From Neoconidiobolus thromboides FSU 785 (taxonomy: Eukaryota; Fungi; Entomophthoromycota), in the NCBI GenBank assembly GCA_025603075.1, contig MU626271.1, forward strand, positions 1 through 64,000: 64,000 nt of DNA, given 5' to 3'. Below are positions 49,737 through 63,159 of the stretch, one piece after another. A program made the position numbers and the translations under genes. Below the pieces are notes generated by a model. It ran no database searches. It was not told the DNA's origin and saw only the letters and a list, made by a program, of their open reading frames with translations. Each line of letters starts with the position of its first letter. Position 1 is the stretch's first letter.

Positions 49737-52692
49737 ATGAATATAGATGCTAATGATTTTAATGAATATGAGTTTATCAATGAATTGATTGAAGATGGTA
49801 AATAATAATAATAATAATAATAAAGATACTAATACTTTTTTGATATAAAAATAGAATCGGATTTATCTCAATTAGATTTAATGGAATATAATATCCATAT
49901 GAAATTAAAATCAGTGGATAAAGAGTTACAAAGTTTATTAATTAAACAATTAGAATTAGCACAAGATCACAAATTAAAAATGCTAAAGGGAGAAAAGGAA
50001 ACAAAAGTAAGTCGGAATATAAATTCATTTGTATAATAAACATAACATTTATCTTATTGTTATTATTTCCTACTAGTTGTTAATAGAAAAAATTCAATAT
50101 TTACGAAACTCTTCTGAGGTTGCAGAATTAAGTGTCAGACAAGTTACTGAAGGTATTAAAGGTTTGGATTTGGCTAAAAAAAATATCATTGCTTGTATTA
50201 CTTTTTCTAAAAGGTTACAGATGTTAGGTAGTTAAATTCAACTTGATTTTTTTTATGAGGATTAATATCAATATTTATAAAATATAGTATCTGCAGTAGA
50301 TAAATTAAAACAAAGTATTGAATTTAAAGACTACGAAACTTCAGGGCATTTGATGCAGGTAATTATTATTTTCAATAATTAATTTAGAATATTATAAAAT
50401 TAATCTTATTTTTTTAGGCTGTTATTGAATTATTTTTAAATTTTCAAACTTTTAAAAAGATACGTCCAATTTATGAATTAGGAGAAGTCATTCATCAATT
50501 ACAAGATAAACTAATGTTAATTATATATGAAGATTTTAAACAAAGTTTTGATAGTAATGGAAAATTAAAAAATAAAGATAATATTTGGTTAAAACAAGCA
50601 TGTGATATGATCGATTATATTCATACACAAGGGAAAAAAATGATAATAGAATATTATGTTAATTTACAAATTAATGAATATATTCAATTATTTCAATCAA
50701 ATGAAGAATTAAGTGAATTAGAATATATAAAAAGAAGATTTAATTGGTTAAAAATTTATTTATCAGAATATGATAATCAACACTCTCAATTCTTTCCTCA
50801 ACATTGGTACCTTAATGAATTAGTTTGTAAAAGATATTGTGAAATTACAAGTACTCAATTAACAGATCAATTAGAATTAAATCAAGATATCAACTTAATG
50901 ATTAAAGTTTTATTATTAACAATTCAATTTGAACAACAATTAGATCTTAAATTTCAAGTTAAAAATAGACCTGATGCTATCCCATTTCAAGGATTTATTT
51001 CTTGTTATTTTGAACCTTATTTAAATCGATTTATTGATAAAGAACAGGAAGAATTACATCAATTCATTATAGAAAGTCAAAATAATGTTGAAATTGATGA
51101 GGATTCTCAAGTAATTGTATTTAAATCTAGTACTCATTTATTATTGAAATATCAAGAAGCACTGAATACATTATCAAAAGTAAATGGGGGTAAATGTCTG
51201 ATATTATTAGCTAAATTATTTCAACAATATTTTCAACAATATTTAAATTTAGTATTAAAAAAGTAAGACTATTGTATACTTAATTAATAATAAAAGTTTA
51301 ATTCAATTTAATTATTAATTATTACTTTTTAGTTTTGATAAAAAAATAACAACAGAAGAAGAATTGAAGTTTCAATGTCATGTATTAAATTCAACTAAAT
51401 ATTGCTTAGATTCTATGTTACCATTACAAGAAAAATTAGAACAAACATTAGATGAAACTTATTTCGAAAAAATTGATTTTGAAAAGGAAATGGAATTATA
51501 TAATCAGTAAGTTATTCTATCCTATTATATTACATTAATGACCAAATAATTTCATAATAATAATAATAATAATAACTTATTTTAGATATTTAAGTCATAT
51601 CCTCAATACAATAGTTAAAGGAGGGCAGCAATTAATGGAAGCAGGGTATTTGCAATTTTCTAAAATGATGTGGGGGACATGGAGTCATTTATCATCGTAT
51701 CCAGAATATTTAACTCATTTTTTAAATGTTATTAAATTACTTAATAATAATTTAAAAAAAGAATTAAACTATTCAAGTTATTACCATGCTTTTTGTAATC
51801 GATTTGTTGAGTAAGTAAAATAAGAAATAGATAATAGAAAAGAAGAAGAAAAAAAAGAAGTTGAAAATTAGAATTAATAATATTAATTTTTTTATCATAG
51901 GAGTTTTATTATTAAATGGATGGAAGCTATTTTCAGATTGAAGAGATTAAATGAATTTGCTATTAGACAAGTAAAGATTTTATTTTATTTTATTTTATTT
52001 TTGTTTTATTTTTATAAAGTTATTAGAGGATGGAGATAAATTAATGAATAAATTCAATGAAATGATAACATTTGAAACTAATGAAAATAATATATTAATA
52101 CAAAAGTAAGTTTTTATTTAATAATAGAAAAAACTGATACTAATCTAAGTGACTTAACAATCTTTTATTATTTTAATTTCTAGTTTTAAAAAACGTAATA
52201 ATGAATTATATAATCAAAAAATCAAAAAATATTTAAATTTAATTCAATTTCCATTAAACGAAGAAGATATCAAAGATTCAATAAAAGTTCAAAAATTTAT
52301 GGATTTATTATTAGAAATTGCAACGGAACCTCAATTTCCATTTTTTTTAAGAGTTATGGAAGTTAAAGTAAGTTCAAATTAAACATTTTAAAATATAAAT
52401 AATAATAATAGGATTTAAATTTAAATTCTATTTTATTTATAATATTAAACTAAAGTTAAAATAAAATTAATTTTAATTCATATACTAATAAAATTATTTA
52501 AATTAGAATATTAAACGAAAAGATCAAGACTTATTACGACAAGAATTACAATCGAGATTGGGATTCAATTTAGATATTAAAAGAAATTCTTTAGATTCTT
52601 CTCAAGATAAATCTATTGGTACAAACTTTCGTCGTATGTTAGCATTACCTATTATAAGAGAACGTTCTTCACCTTCCAATTTACAAAATTAA
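49737..52692 (+). CDS. VPS53: GARP complex subunit Vps53
   Basis: DFNEYEFINEL, IKGLDLAKKNIIACITFSKRLQML, IKRRFNWLK, FFPQHW and VMEVKNIKRKDQ; multi-intron. Confidence 0.9.
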
Positions 52693-52716
52693 AAAAAATT
52701 CAAATGTTTTTTTTAA

Positions 52717-53597
52717 TCACCATGGTAAATGATTAGCTAATGGATCATATGTTTTTGTTATAGAAACAATGATTGGTAAATCAGATTCATGACAGCTGAG
52801 AATTATATAAAATTAAAAATATATTAATATAAATAAATAAATTAAATTATTATTAACTTACTTTAAAGTTTTAGATAAATTATTAATTAAATTAAAATCA
52901 ATAGAATTAGATCTTAATAAAGAAGCTAATAATAAAGATTTATAATGCAATTGACGTAAACGATCTTCTAAATATTGAGTACAAGATTCGGATGACATAC
53001 CAAATTTAAATAATTGATAAGTTTCTTGTAATGTTTCTAAGATATGTTGACTTGGTTGAATTAATTTTGTATGAAATTTTGGGGTATTCTCAACTTCACT
53101 AGAATTAAAATAAGTATTAGAACTTGCATTAATTTAAAAAGGATTATTATTATTATCATTACCTTAATTCACATCCCAATAAATTTACTTGAAAATTAGT
53201 AGTATCCGCTACAACACAATTAGCTTGAGATAAATGTTCATCAATTGGGAATTTCAATGAATTTAATAAGTCTAATTGAATTAATTCTATATTTTTGATA
53301 TCATTTGGCATACCAAATAATACAGGATCAGATAAATAATGTGAATGATAATTACATAATAATGATCGTGCGTAACATTTTGAAAATAAAAAGTGAATAT
53401 CCGATGTTTCTATAGTAGGATATACAAGTGTTTCAATCATATTATTTAATTGAATAAATTCACTATTATATTGAAAAGGATTAATAGTGTCAGTATAATT
53501 ACTTTTACTATCTGTAGTAGTACTCTCATAACTATTAGATTGTTTAATATTTAAATCCTTTTCTTTTTCACTTTCATTTTCATTATTATTATTATTT

Positions 53598-53632
<35 letters not shown>

Positions 53633-55736
53633 GTTATTATTGTTATTATTATCACTTTCTCCATTTTCTTTATTTTCTTTATTTTCATCTAAAATATATA
53701 ATTAATTTAATTTAACTTTATATAAATTAAAAACAAGAATAAAATATTTATTACCTTTTTCTTTATTTAAATCCATAATATCATGAATATTTTTAGCAAT
53801 TTGATCAAATTGACATTTTTCAGATTTAATAATAATATCATTACACCGTATAAAATAAGTTAATAAAAATAATAATTGATCCATTAATTTATCATTTTTG
53901 CCCATTAAAATTGTTCGACTTAATTTATTATATATTCCAATACAACCATATAAATCACTAAAAAAGAGGTTTAAGTTAACAGAATTATAAGTGATTAAAG
54001 TAAATTCTAATTTACTATAATTGAGCCCATAAAGGATTGTAGCTTAATTTTAAACTTGGATTTTGACCCTATTAAATAGAATAATTAATATTATTATTTT
54101 ATTAAATAAAATAAAATAAAATTTTACTTTATAAAACTCAGATGGTACAATAGGTACCCAAGATAAATGAGTAGATAAAACAGCTGTAATTAAGGATGAA
54201 ATAAAACTAAATAATAACAATAATAATAAATTAAATAATAATAATAATAATAATAAATTAATTATGATATTTTATAATAATAAATAGAATAAAAACTTAC
54301 AAATTATACGATTTTAAATCATAATTAGTAATTAGAAAAGATAGAGATTGTAATAAACAATTAGTATAATCTTGTTTTTTTTCTGGAAAAGATTGCATAT
54401 TTAGCCATAATGGATTCTATATAAATGTAATATATTAAATATGAATATATTAAATAATAATTTTTACTTACTTGAATTCTGTCCATTGAATATAAATTAA
54501 TAAAATCTAACTTAAATTTTTTAACTTTTAAATGAATTTCATCTAATATTGAATGATCCAATTTAATTGAAGTTTTTAATTTAAAATTATTCAAACATTG
54601 TAAACTTAAATTATATTTAATATAATTAAATAATTGATATAATTTAATTTCAATTAATGAATAATGAGAATAAATAAATTCATTTAAAATTCGATTATTA
54701 CCAATATTAATTAATAATCCAATTGAAAATATTATTGTTTTACTTTTACCTTCTAAATTGACCTTAATAATAAATAAAAATATTATTATTATAAAATTAA
54801 TAAGATAATAACTTACATTCTCTTGATTTTTTTCACCTGGTAAAGTAGATGGTAAAAATCGTCCTTGATCAATTGAAGTCATGTTTGTTTTTTTTAATCT
54901 TCTATCTAAATGAACATTATGAAAAGAAGATAATGAACTGGCTAATGAATTATTCATTGATAAATGCTCTGAATTAGTTATACTATCGTTATCGGATAAT
55001 TTATCTTCATTAATACTATTCTCTTTTTTTAATGGTATTGTTAATCCTTTTTTTTCACTCTCTGTATTATCTATAAATAAAAATTATTTAAATATTAATC
55101 CTTTCTTTCTTTTTTTCTTTCTTTTTTTCTTTCCTTCTTTATTATTATATATAAATTTATTACTCATAGTTATAGCATTATTTGCATTTAATGAAAATAA
55201 TATAGTAATTAATAATTGTTGTACATTGCCATTGATAGGATGTAATTTAGTTGTTGTCCCTTTAAAGGCCATAGGTACTGTACCAAACATCATATCCCCA
55301 ATAATACCTAAGTTACTAGCTCTACGCTTTAATTTGATTTGAGTGGTTAATTAACTTACTTTTGGTTTTATAATGCATTAACTTACTGGTATTTGATCCA
55401 TTGGCTCTGGACTAATTAATATAATAAAGTTAAATTATTAAATTTATTATATATTATATATTATAAATATAAATTAGTTTACTTTTCATATAATTCACTA
55501 TCATATAAAGTCACCTTATTTTTATCTCCTAAATCCATACAAATTAAAAATCGAAATTCTTCTTGTGAAACTTTGGGAGGTTCAAATCTAATTCATTAAA
55601 ATTAATTTTATTTGTTGTTTATTGTTTGTTATTATTTATTATTTATTATTTATTAATTTTAAATTTACTTCACTTTATTTACTGAATCTTTGTATTCTTC
55701 TTTTTTATCCTGACTACCAAATATTTTTTGCCACAT
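52717..55736 (-). CDS. FNIP1: Folliculin-interacting protein (FNIP/Lst4-like)
   Basis: FRFLICMD...TLYDS, MMFGTVPMAFKGTTTKLH, LITAVLSTHLSWVP, LLFLLTYFIRC and YLEDRLRQLHYKS; contains an N-rich tract at about 53583-53650. Confidence 0.85.
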
Positions 55737-55797
55737 TATATTTAAATTAAATAAAAAGAACTTTTTTGAATTGTTGATATTTTAAAATTCTTGTGTC

Positions 55798-55804
55798 AGC
55801 CAAT
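55798..55804. promoter_or_regulatory. CCAAT box (AGCCAAT)
   Basis: About 60 bp upstream of the FNIP ATG. Confidence 0.35.
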
Positions 55805-56852
55805 TAAAGAGATGACTACTAAATTTAAAGAAATTGATTAATTTGTGATTAAAAGTGGCTTACTTTACTTTGAATTTTGTTTCGATCATTTTAATAAACT
55901 TAAATTTTTAAATAAAAATATGTATAAATGCAAATGCCTTTCTTTGTTTCAATATTTAACTAATGAGTTTTGTTTTGTTTTGTTATATAAAAATCAATAA
56001 TAATTGCATAAAGGCATCTTAACTGCTGTGTTTATGCAATTTATAATGTATCAAAAGATTCTAATTTGGTTTTATTCAGCAATTAAGAGATAAAAATAAA
56101 TAAATTAGTTTTATTTACTTTTAAACCTCACACATATTTTAAACAGTCAGAAGCACGAATCTAATTTGATTATTATTTTCGTTAATTCTTAATTAGGGTC
56201 TAATTAGAAATTTTAATTGAAAATAAAGAAATAGTTTATTAAGATTTTATTATTAAAATAAATAACCTATTACTTAATTTTTATATCAACTTCTGTATAA
56301 CTGTGTTGACTTTATACTGTTGTAATAGCACAATTGAATTTATAACATTATTATAAATAGTCGAGTTATGAAGTGAACGAATAGAAAACTAACCTATTCT
56401 ATAAAAGGAGAATACTAAAAGATAAATTTTATTGAAAATTATTGCAAATTAAAAAGTAAAACTAAAAACAAGAATCGAATTAGAAACTTTTGGTCTTGAA
56501 CAATAAAATTTAAACTCACAAAAAGATAATCTTTTACTATGATAATCATAAAATGAAAACGGTATTATTTTTTACAAGAACTTCGGTTTTTTTATTTTAG
56601 TTTAAAATGCCTTTGACCAACTTTAGTAAATGCGGCATTATTAATTAATAAAAGCTTCTTTTAAACTTGGAAGCGCTATAATTAAATACCCTTTAAACAT
56701 TAATTAGAATTGTATATTATGGAGTAAATAGTAAGAATAGAAATTCAATCCTTCTTATTAGTTTATGTTTGAGATAGATTGAAATTATAAACATGCAGTT
56801 GAGATAGTATATATAGACAAAGTGAGCCAAAATAAAAATAAAAATAAAAATA

Positions 56853-57539
56853 ATGAACGCAGAAGCTAATTTGTAAGTCTATCTCTATCTACCTATTTAT
56901 CTTATTTATTAATATCATTTATTAATAAAATATATATATATTAGAATCAAAGAAGACAATATTAACAGAGCGATTTGGAAAATTAATTTCAATATCTGGT
57001 TATTACTAGGGATAAGTTTAGGTTTTTGGTTTATATTTGTACATGGTATTCCTTATTTTTTTAAAGGAATAGGACCCTGTTTTATAATTCATTTACTTAA
57101 TGCATCATTAATTACAATTATATGTATGATTAATTTTTTACATACCCCATCTCATGGCCCAATTTATAGAAAAATGCATATTTGGTTAGGTAGATTAAGC
57201 TTCATCTTTGGTATCTCATCAACAATTATTGGGTTAGTTACCGCATGGTATGAAAGATTTGAAGGGGTAGCTTTTTTCCCTATTGCTGTAAGTATTGGTG
57301 GTACTTTACAAGTTATTGCCCAATGTTTAGCTATTTATTATATACGTAAGAAGAATGTAACGAAACATCTATTTTGGAATCATATTGTATTTTTTGGTGG
57401 TTGTTTAACACCAGCTATTATAAGATTTGAATACTTGATTCAAACAGAAATTCCTTATTGGAATTTATATTCTTGGGCAATTATTTTAGCTGTTGGCCTT
57501 CTCTCTTTTAGAGCTTTCGTTTATAAAACTTGGTATTGA
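56853..57539 (+). CDS. Multi-TM membrane protein, DUF2306-like
   Basis: One intron; continuous frame with HTPSHG...RKMHIWLGR and KHLFWNH...TPAIIR; about six hydrophobic segments. Confidence 0.7.
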
Positions 57540-59161
57540 TCGACTATTCTTAATTTTACTTTTCTTTATTACATTTTTTTAAATAAACTTAATATAAACA
57601 CCTATCTTTTTTTAAAAAATTGATTATTGTTAAAATGGGATATATGTATATATAATAAATATACTATTTAATAACGATGTCATTAACTAATCATTAATAT
57701 TCTGTTGTATTAGCATATATATAATTATAGTTATATTATATATTATATTCATATCAAGCTATTTCATTAAAATTCAAAATTTTTAATGACCAATACCTTA
57801 TAACTTTTTACATGAAGCACTTCAATCACCATGAAATAGGATACTTATTTTTATTATTTTTATTAATTATTATTCTAAAATATCAATTCATTTAGTATAA
57901 AATTATTTAAGTGTCTTGTTTTGATGAAATAAGGTATTAAGTTTAAAAAATGATTCAAAATTTGAAATAGACTATTTTATAATACTTATTAAAAATAAAG
58001 TGAAATCTTATAGAACTGAAAGAGGCGCTATTTAAGGCTAATTATTGTACTTGATAAGATAAATGTAAGTTAAAAATAATGATGTTAGAACTTGTAGTAT
58101 TAGATTTGAATAATAGATCTATATAAAGCTTAAAAATAATACATTTACATTAAATTATTAAGTTTTGTATATTAGATTGGTAAAGTATTTTTTGATATTA
58201 CTGATATACCTAAATTAAAAAAGATTGTTTAGTGTTTCATATGATTACTATCTTACCATAATACATTTACTAAAAATTTAAAATTTAAAGTGACATACTC
58301 TATAAAACTATATGAAAAATAGATATTACACTAGGATGTTTATTAAACTATTTTTTTAGTTTAAAATCATCAATTTTGCCAAAAACACTTAGATTCATAA
58401 CTTTTAACTTACTTATTACGTTGTTTATAAATACATTATTCCTATTATTAATTTATAATTTCTATATACCTATTTTAAAAATCACTCTTTATTACATCTA
58501 ACCTTTTCGTTATAATAAATTAAGTGAACTCATTACCAATATTCTGAGACTTATCTTTATCTATAACCTACATCAAATCCTTATAAATCTTTTGTATTTT
58601 TTATTAAACTGACCTTTTCGTTTAAATTTTTATACCTCTATCATTACTTATTTATTCTCTCTCTGGCCTCTGAGATATCTGTTACATCCTCAAAACTTTC
58701 TTTTACTAATATATTTTTAGCCACTATAATGCTTTATCCTTTATCCTTTATAAAATTGAAGTTTACTAAACCCAGTAAGATACTGAAGATCAAAGCTTGA
58801 TTCATTGATAATTATAATACAAGAAACCTTCTTTCCTTATAGATTATTTCCCTGTTTTATTAATATATTTTTATTTATAGCTGTTAATGAACCACCTGAT
58901 GATTTTTAGCTCTTTTGATAATATAAAAAAATAATTAAGTGAATTTGTAATAGCTTATATAAGTTGCTTATATTTTGTTAAAATTAAAAATCCTTTATAT
59001 AATAATTGACGTCTTTATATTAAAATCATAATATATTAACCAAATGGGTTCCTCTTTTACGTAGAAAATATAGGAACTCAATTTGTAATTTTGTAAAGTT
59101 ACCAAACATATATGAATTGAATTGAATTGTAATTTATATAGAAGAGGTTTGATTAATAAAG

Positions 59162-59752
59162 TTAATTTTCTTTGGTTTCGGTTGAAGGTTTAGAATAGAT
59201 TGAATCTAACTCTTGGTCAAGCTCTTCCTTGGTTTTCTTTGGACGAGAATCATTATTACGACGTGCTTTATGGTGACGTTGGTTATTACCTTTTCTACTA
59301 CCATTGGCCCTCTTATCATTAGAAATATCACGAGGTATTCCAACACGAGTTGAAATTGGTGCCTTTACAGCTGATGGAGTATAAGGAAGAGCTAACTTCA
59401 TAGAACGACCATCAAGGGTAACACCATGATATTTTTTAAAAGCAGCAGCAGCATCCGAAGCACGAGTAAAAATAACTTCACCAGTACCTTGAGACTTTCC
59501 ATTGGAATCAAAATTTAAGCTAGCAGAGCGAATGCGACCAATTTGGCCAAATAATTCTTCAATATCTTGTATAGTTACATTATAGTGAAGATTTGAAATT
59601 AAAATTCGATGAACTTCTTTGAGTTCTTTAAATTCCTTACTATAAGGAACTTTATTTCTTACATTATTGCGACTTTTATGGTTGACACCACCAGCAAACT
59701 TCTTAGTGCTCTTAATCACATCGTCTAAAGAAAGGTCGAGTTGAGATGCCAT
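59162..59752 (-). CDS. YRA1: mRNA export adaptor Yra1/ALYREF
   Basis: N-box LDLSLDDVI, RRM (ISNLHYNV...GTGEVIF) and C-box KTKEELDQELDSIY. Confidence 0.93.
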   Translation of the reverse strand: MASQLDLSLDDVIKSTKKFAGGVNHKSRNNVRNKVPYSKEFKELKEVHRILISNLHYNVTIQDIEELFGQIGRIRSASLNFDSNGKSQGTGEVIFTRASDAAAAFKKYHGVTLDGRSMKLALPYTPSAVKAPISTRVGIPRDISNDKRANGSRKGNNQRHHKARRNNDSRPKKTKEELDQELDSIYSKPSTETKEN

Positions 59753-60784
59753 GATAAAAATAAATATAAAGAAAATGGACTAAATTTAAGATTAAAATTA
59801 AATAAAAATAACATTTCTACTCTATTTAAATGTTTTTAAGCTCATTGCAGCTATTTTTCATGTATATCTATGTTAGATAAAATCGTGGCTAAAAGAACCT
59901 AAATTAATAAATTCTTTAGATTTTATTATTGTCCAATCATTTTATCATTTGCTTTCATTCTTTTACTAATCTAAAGATAGACTAACGTTATATTATTTAA
60001 TTGGATAAATTTACACTAAAATTTGAAAATTGTGGATAAATCGTGATATGCCTTATAAACAATAATAAATAGCCCCACTTAAGTTATAATGAAAAATGTG
60101 ACTAGTCTCCAAAGATAGAATAGTTATAAATAGCTCATTTCAAATATCATTATATCTCATAACTATTTTCATAACTTCATTATAATATTATTATTGTAGG
60201 GATGTAGCTTTGGCATAAATACTATTAATCAAACTATTTGTATTTATTACATATATATAACTGTATGATTATATAGCTAAATAATACAATTGAGGCTAAA
60301 AGATAATATCTGGTGGCTTAAATAATATAGAAATATATAAGAAACTTAAACATAACTTTAAGGTCCTCTAAGAACTCAAACTGTTACTGCAAAGAAGCAT
60401 TTATAACTAAGGTGTCTTACACAAATTATCATAAGAGTCATTTTGAAAAGAAACCTTATTAAATGTTTTGGGGTCATCCTCTTATTTTTTTTGAACTCAC
60501 AGACATTTAATTGAATATACTGTGAAAAAGGGAAACTTTATTTTTAACTTATTTTTTTAGATTAAACTTTTATCAATATATTTTCTAAACGTTATTTCTA
60601 TTAATTATTTGTGCATTTCTTCATTCTTTTCTAGATAACAAAAATTTATAAGCAGAAAAATTGTTTCCAACTAGAAAAAGGTTTTGAATGCAATGCAAAC
60701 TACATTATAAAGCAATAATATAAAATACAAAACTACAAAATAATTTAATTCTAACTATCTTAAAGTACAAATACAAATAAGTGT

Positions 60785-62005
60785 CTAATTCACTAAAGGC
60801 TGCTCTTCATTATCTAATTGAATTTCATTGCTGATATTGCTTTCATTTTCTAGTCTATTATAAGTAGGAATAATATTGTAAATGATCAATCCAATAATAA
60901 CTAAAGAAAACGCGAATGGATACAATTTGTTGAGCTAAAAAGAGTTAATACAGATGTTAATAAAAATATTAACTTACTTTGACTGGCAAGAATATCATGC
61001 CTAATATTAAACCATAAAAATCAGCTGTTAATAAGGATAAGTTATAAAATGTTGCCCCGTTAAGCTCTATCAATAATGGTACTAAAGTATATAGTGAAAA
61101 TACAGCAACAGTAAAAAGAGCATACAATCCAGCTAAATAAAGTTATTAACTCAACCTTAAATTATTAGTATTTTACCTGAAGAAAAAGTCCAAGTGATAG
61201 TAAATAAAACATAAAATTCTAAACATAAGCTAAATAATTTTAGTAATAGTAATAAAAAAAGATAATATTTACAGCTGTATTCCGCTAATAATAACGCCAA
61301 ATAAACCTAAAAAAGCCAATATTTCTATTTTTGAGCTGGATTTTAATAAATATTCCTCATATGTATTAGAGACTGCATATAATAGAGCTCCAAAAATACA
61401 AAACAAATCCCCCATTAGTTTATTGTTTCCTTTATATGTTTAATTTAGTTTAGTTTTTTAAAATATTAATTTTTACCTTGATAATCTTTGCCTTCCATAA
61501 CATCTGATAGTACTAACATAATAAGTCCAATCAATGCTATTCCTACTCCAATAAGATGAGTTTTATAATATCCTACATTTAAGTATTTATAGCTTAAAAA
61601 TACAACGCCTGGTGTCGAACAAGCGTTTATTAGCATAGCAGAAAGATAACTAGTATACCCAAATCCTTTCACAATAAAAAAATTGGCCTCGACGTCACAA
61701 AAAGACAAGATTAAAACTAAAATAGAAAATTAACGAAGTATAAGTTGAAGCTCTATTTAATTACATTGCTTCCATTTATTTTTTAATACCTTTGTATATT
61801 GAAAATATCCTTGTTGTTTTATTAATAGAAAGTTGAATACTATCGCTATTAGTAAGTAAATGATGAATGATTGTGTGGTTGGTATTCTTATATTATATTT
61901 ATCTACAAGCGCGCCAGTAGTGATATTACTAGTGGTTATACATAGAGATAGGAATTGACCAAGTATTAATGAAATAATCGCTTCTTTATTTATTTTAAAA
62001 AGCAT
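60785..62005 (-). CDS. SLC35F1/F2-like (DUF914) transporter
   Basis: LILGQFLSLCIT, IPTTQSF, DVEANFFIVKGFGYTS, GDLFCIFGALLYAVSN; five introns. Confidence 0.9.
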
Positions 62006-62087
62006 ACTAAAAAAAGCAAAAAGACAACCTCAAATTTTGGAGTAAATTTTTTTATAACGTTTATTTAAGTCACGATAATTAATAAAA

Positions 62088-62755
62088 TTACTCAAAATAA
62101 TTTCTCAACGTTATTGCTTCATTAGCCTTAACCATTTGTTAATATTATTTACTTTAAAAATTGATTTTTTTACCATTTCTTCCACTGTTCTTGGTTTTCT
62201 GCTGTCATTGTCTACCTTATTTAACTCATCGTAAATTTGATCATTTTCAACAAAATCTAATTTTTCTCTTGGAATGATATGAATATGAACATGGTTTACT
62301 GACTGCCCAGCTTCAGGTCCATCCTATTATATATGAGTAACAAACAGTAATCTTTAATTAAAACTTACTTGTATTACATAACTTAACGAAGTTCCTTTAT
62401 AGACAGACTCAATTACATTACCAACTTTCTGAGCTGTGATCCAAAGATCAGATATCTAATTGATGATAAGAGGTATTTAATGGTATGTTATCTATTTACT
62501 TCATTATGATTTAATTTGGAAACTCGATCTACTTTGCGAAATGGTGAAACAAGGACATCTAATTTTGAATTAATAATTTAAAAATTGATTTATTCTTACG
62601 TCCGCTATTAATAGTTATTAATTAAATTCTAAAATGTAAATAGTTAATCACTACCGTTTTATAGGCTTAAGGTTGACAAAGGCAAAGGATAATTTCGTAG
62701 AATAAAATACTTGAGATTTAGGGATAATATTATTTCCAAAGTAAATGCAGGACAT
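62088..62755 (-). CDS. HNT2: Fhit/Hnt2 dinucleoside triphosphate hydrolase (HIT family)
   Basis: IYFGNNII...[14 protein letters not shown]...[20 protein letters not shown]...EEMANEA; requires a 5-nt exon at 62600-62604. Confidence 0.93.
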
Positions 62756-62801
62756 GAAAACGAAAATAAAAACAAAAAAAAGATATCTTTGAATTTTGAG
62801 T

Positions 62802-63020
62802 TTATTTTTCTTTTTGTTCTTCATATTTTTTAAAACAAGTTCTAAATGCTTGCATCTCTTCACGACATTTACGCCAGTCCCTACCAGTTTCAAAATAGCA
62901 GTTTTGTAATGCTTCATGCTCTTTGAAACATCCGGTTCTTTTAATTCTTAAATCATATTCATCCTCTTCTTCTTCTTCTTCTTCAATGATAACTTTATTG
63001 ATTTTATCTTCTGCTTGCAT
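62802..63020 (-). CDS. COA4: Coa4/Cmc3-like twin CX9C mitochondrial protein
   Basis: DEYDLRIKRTGC-X9-CYFETGRDWRKC-X9-CF. Confidence 0.88.
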   Translation of the reverse strand: MQAEDKINKVIIEEEEEEEDEYDLRIKRTGCFKEHEALQNCYFETGRDWRKCREEMQAFRTCFKKYEEQKEK

Positions 63021-63159
63021 TTTTATTATTATTAACAAAAGAAAAAAGGAGATTAAACTATTCCTATATTTATGTTTCAATCATAATATTGATAATAAAA
63101 AAGCCAACTTTTTTAAGTAAAAAAAACTACTGATTTTATTAATTAGTCAATTCATTATC

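Noticed and set aside
60352-60375. TAACTTTAAGGTCCTCTAAG resembling an LSU rRNA motif (NUMT)
   Set aside because: Too short and mismatched; no flanking rRNA similarity.
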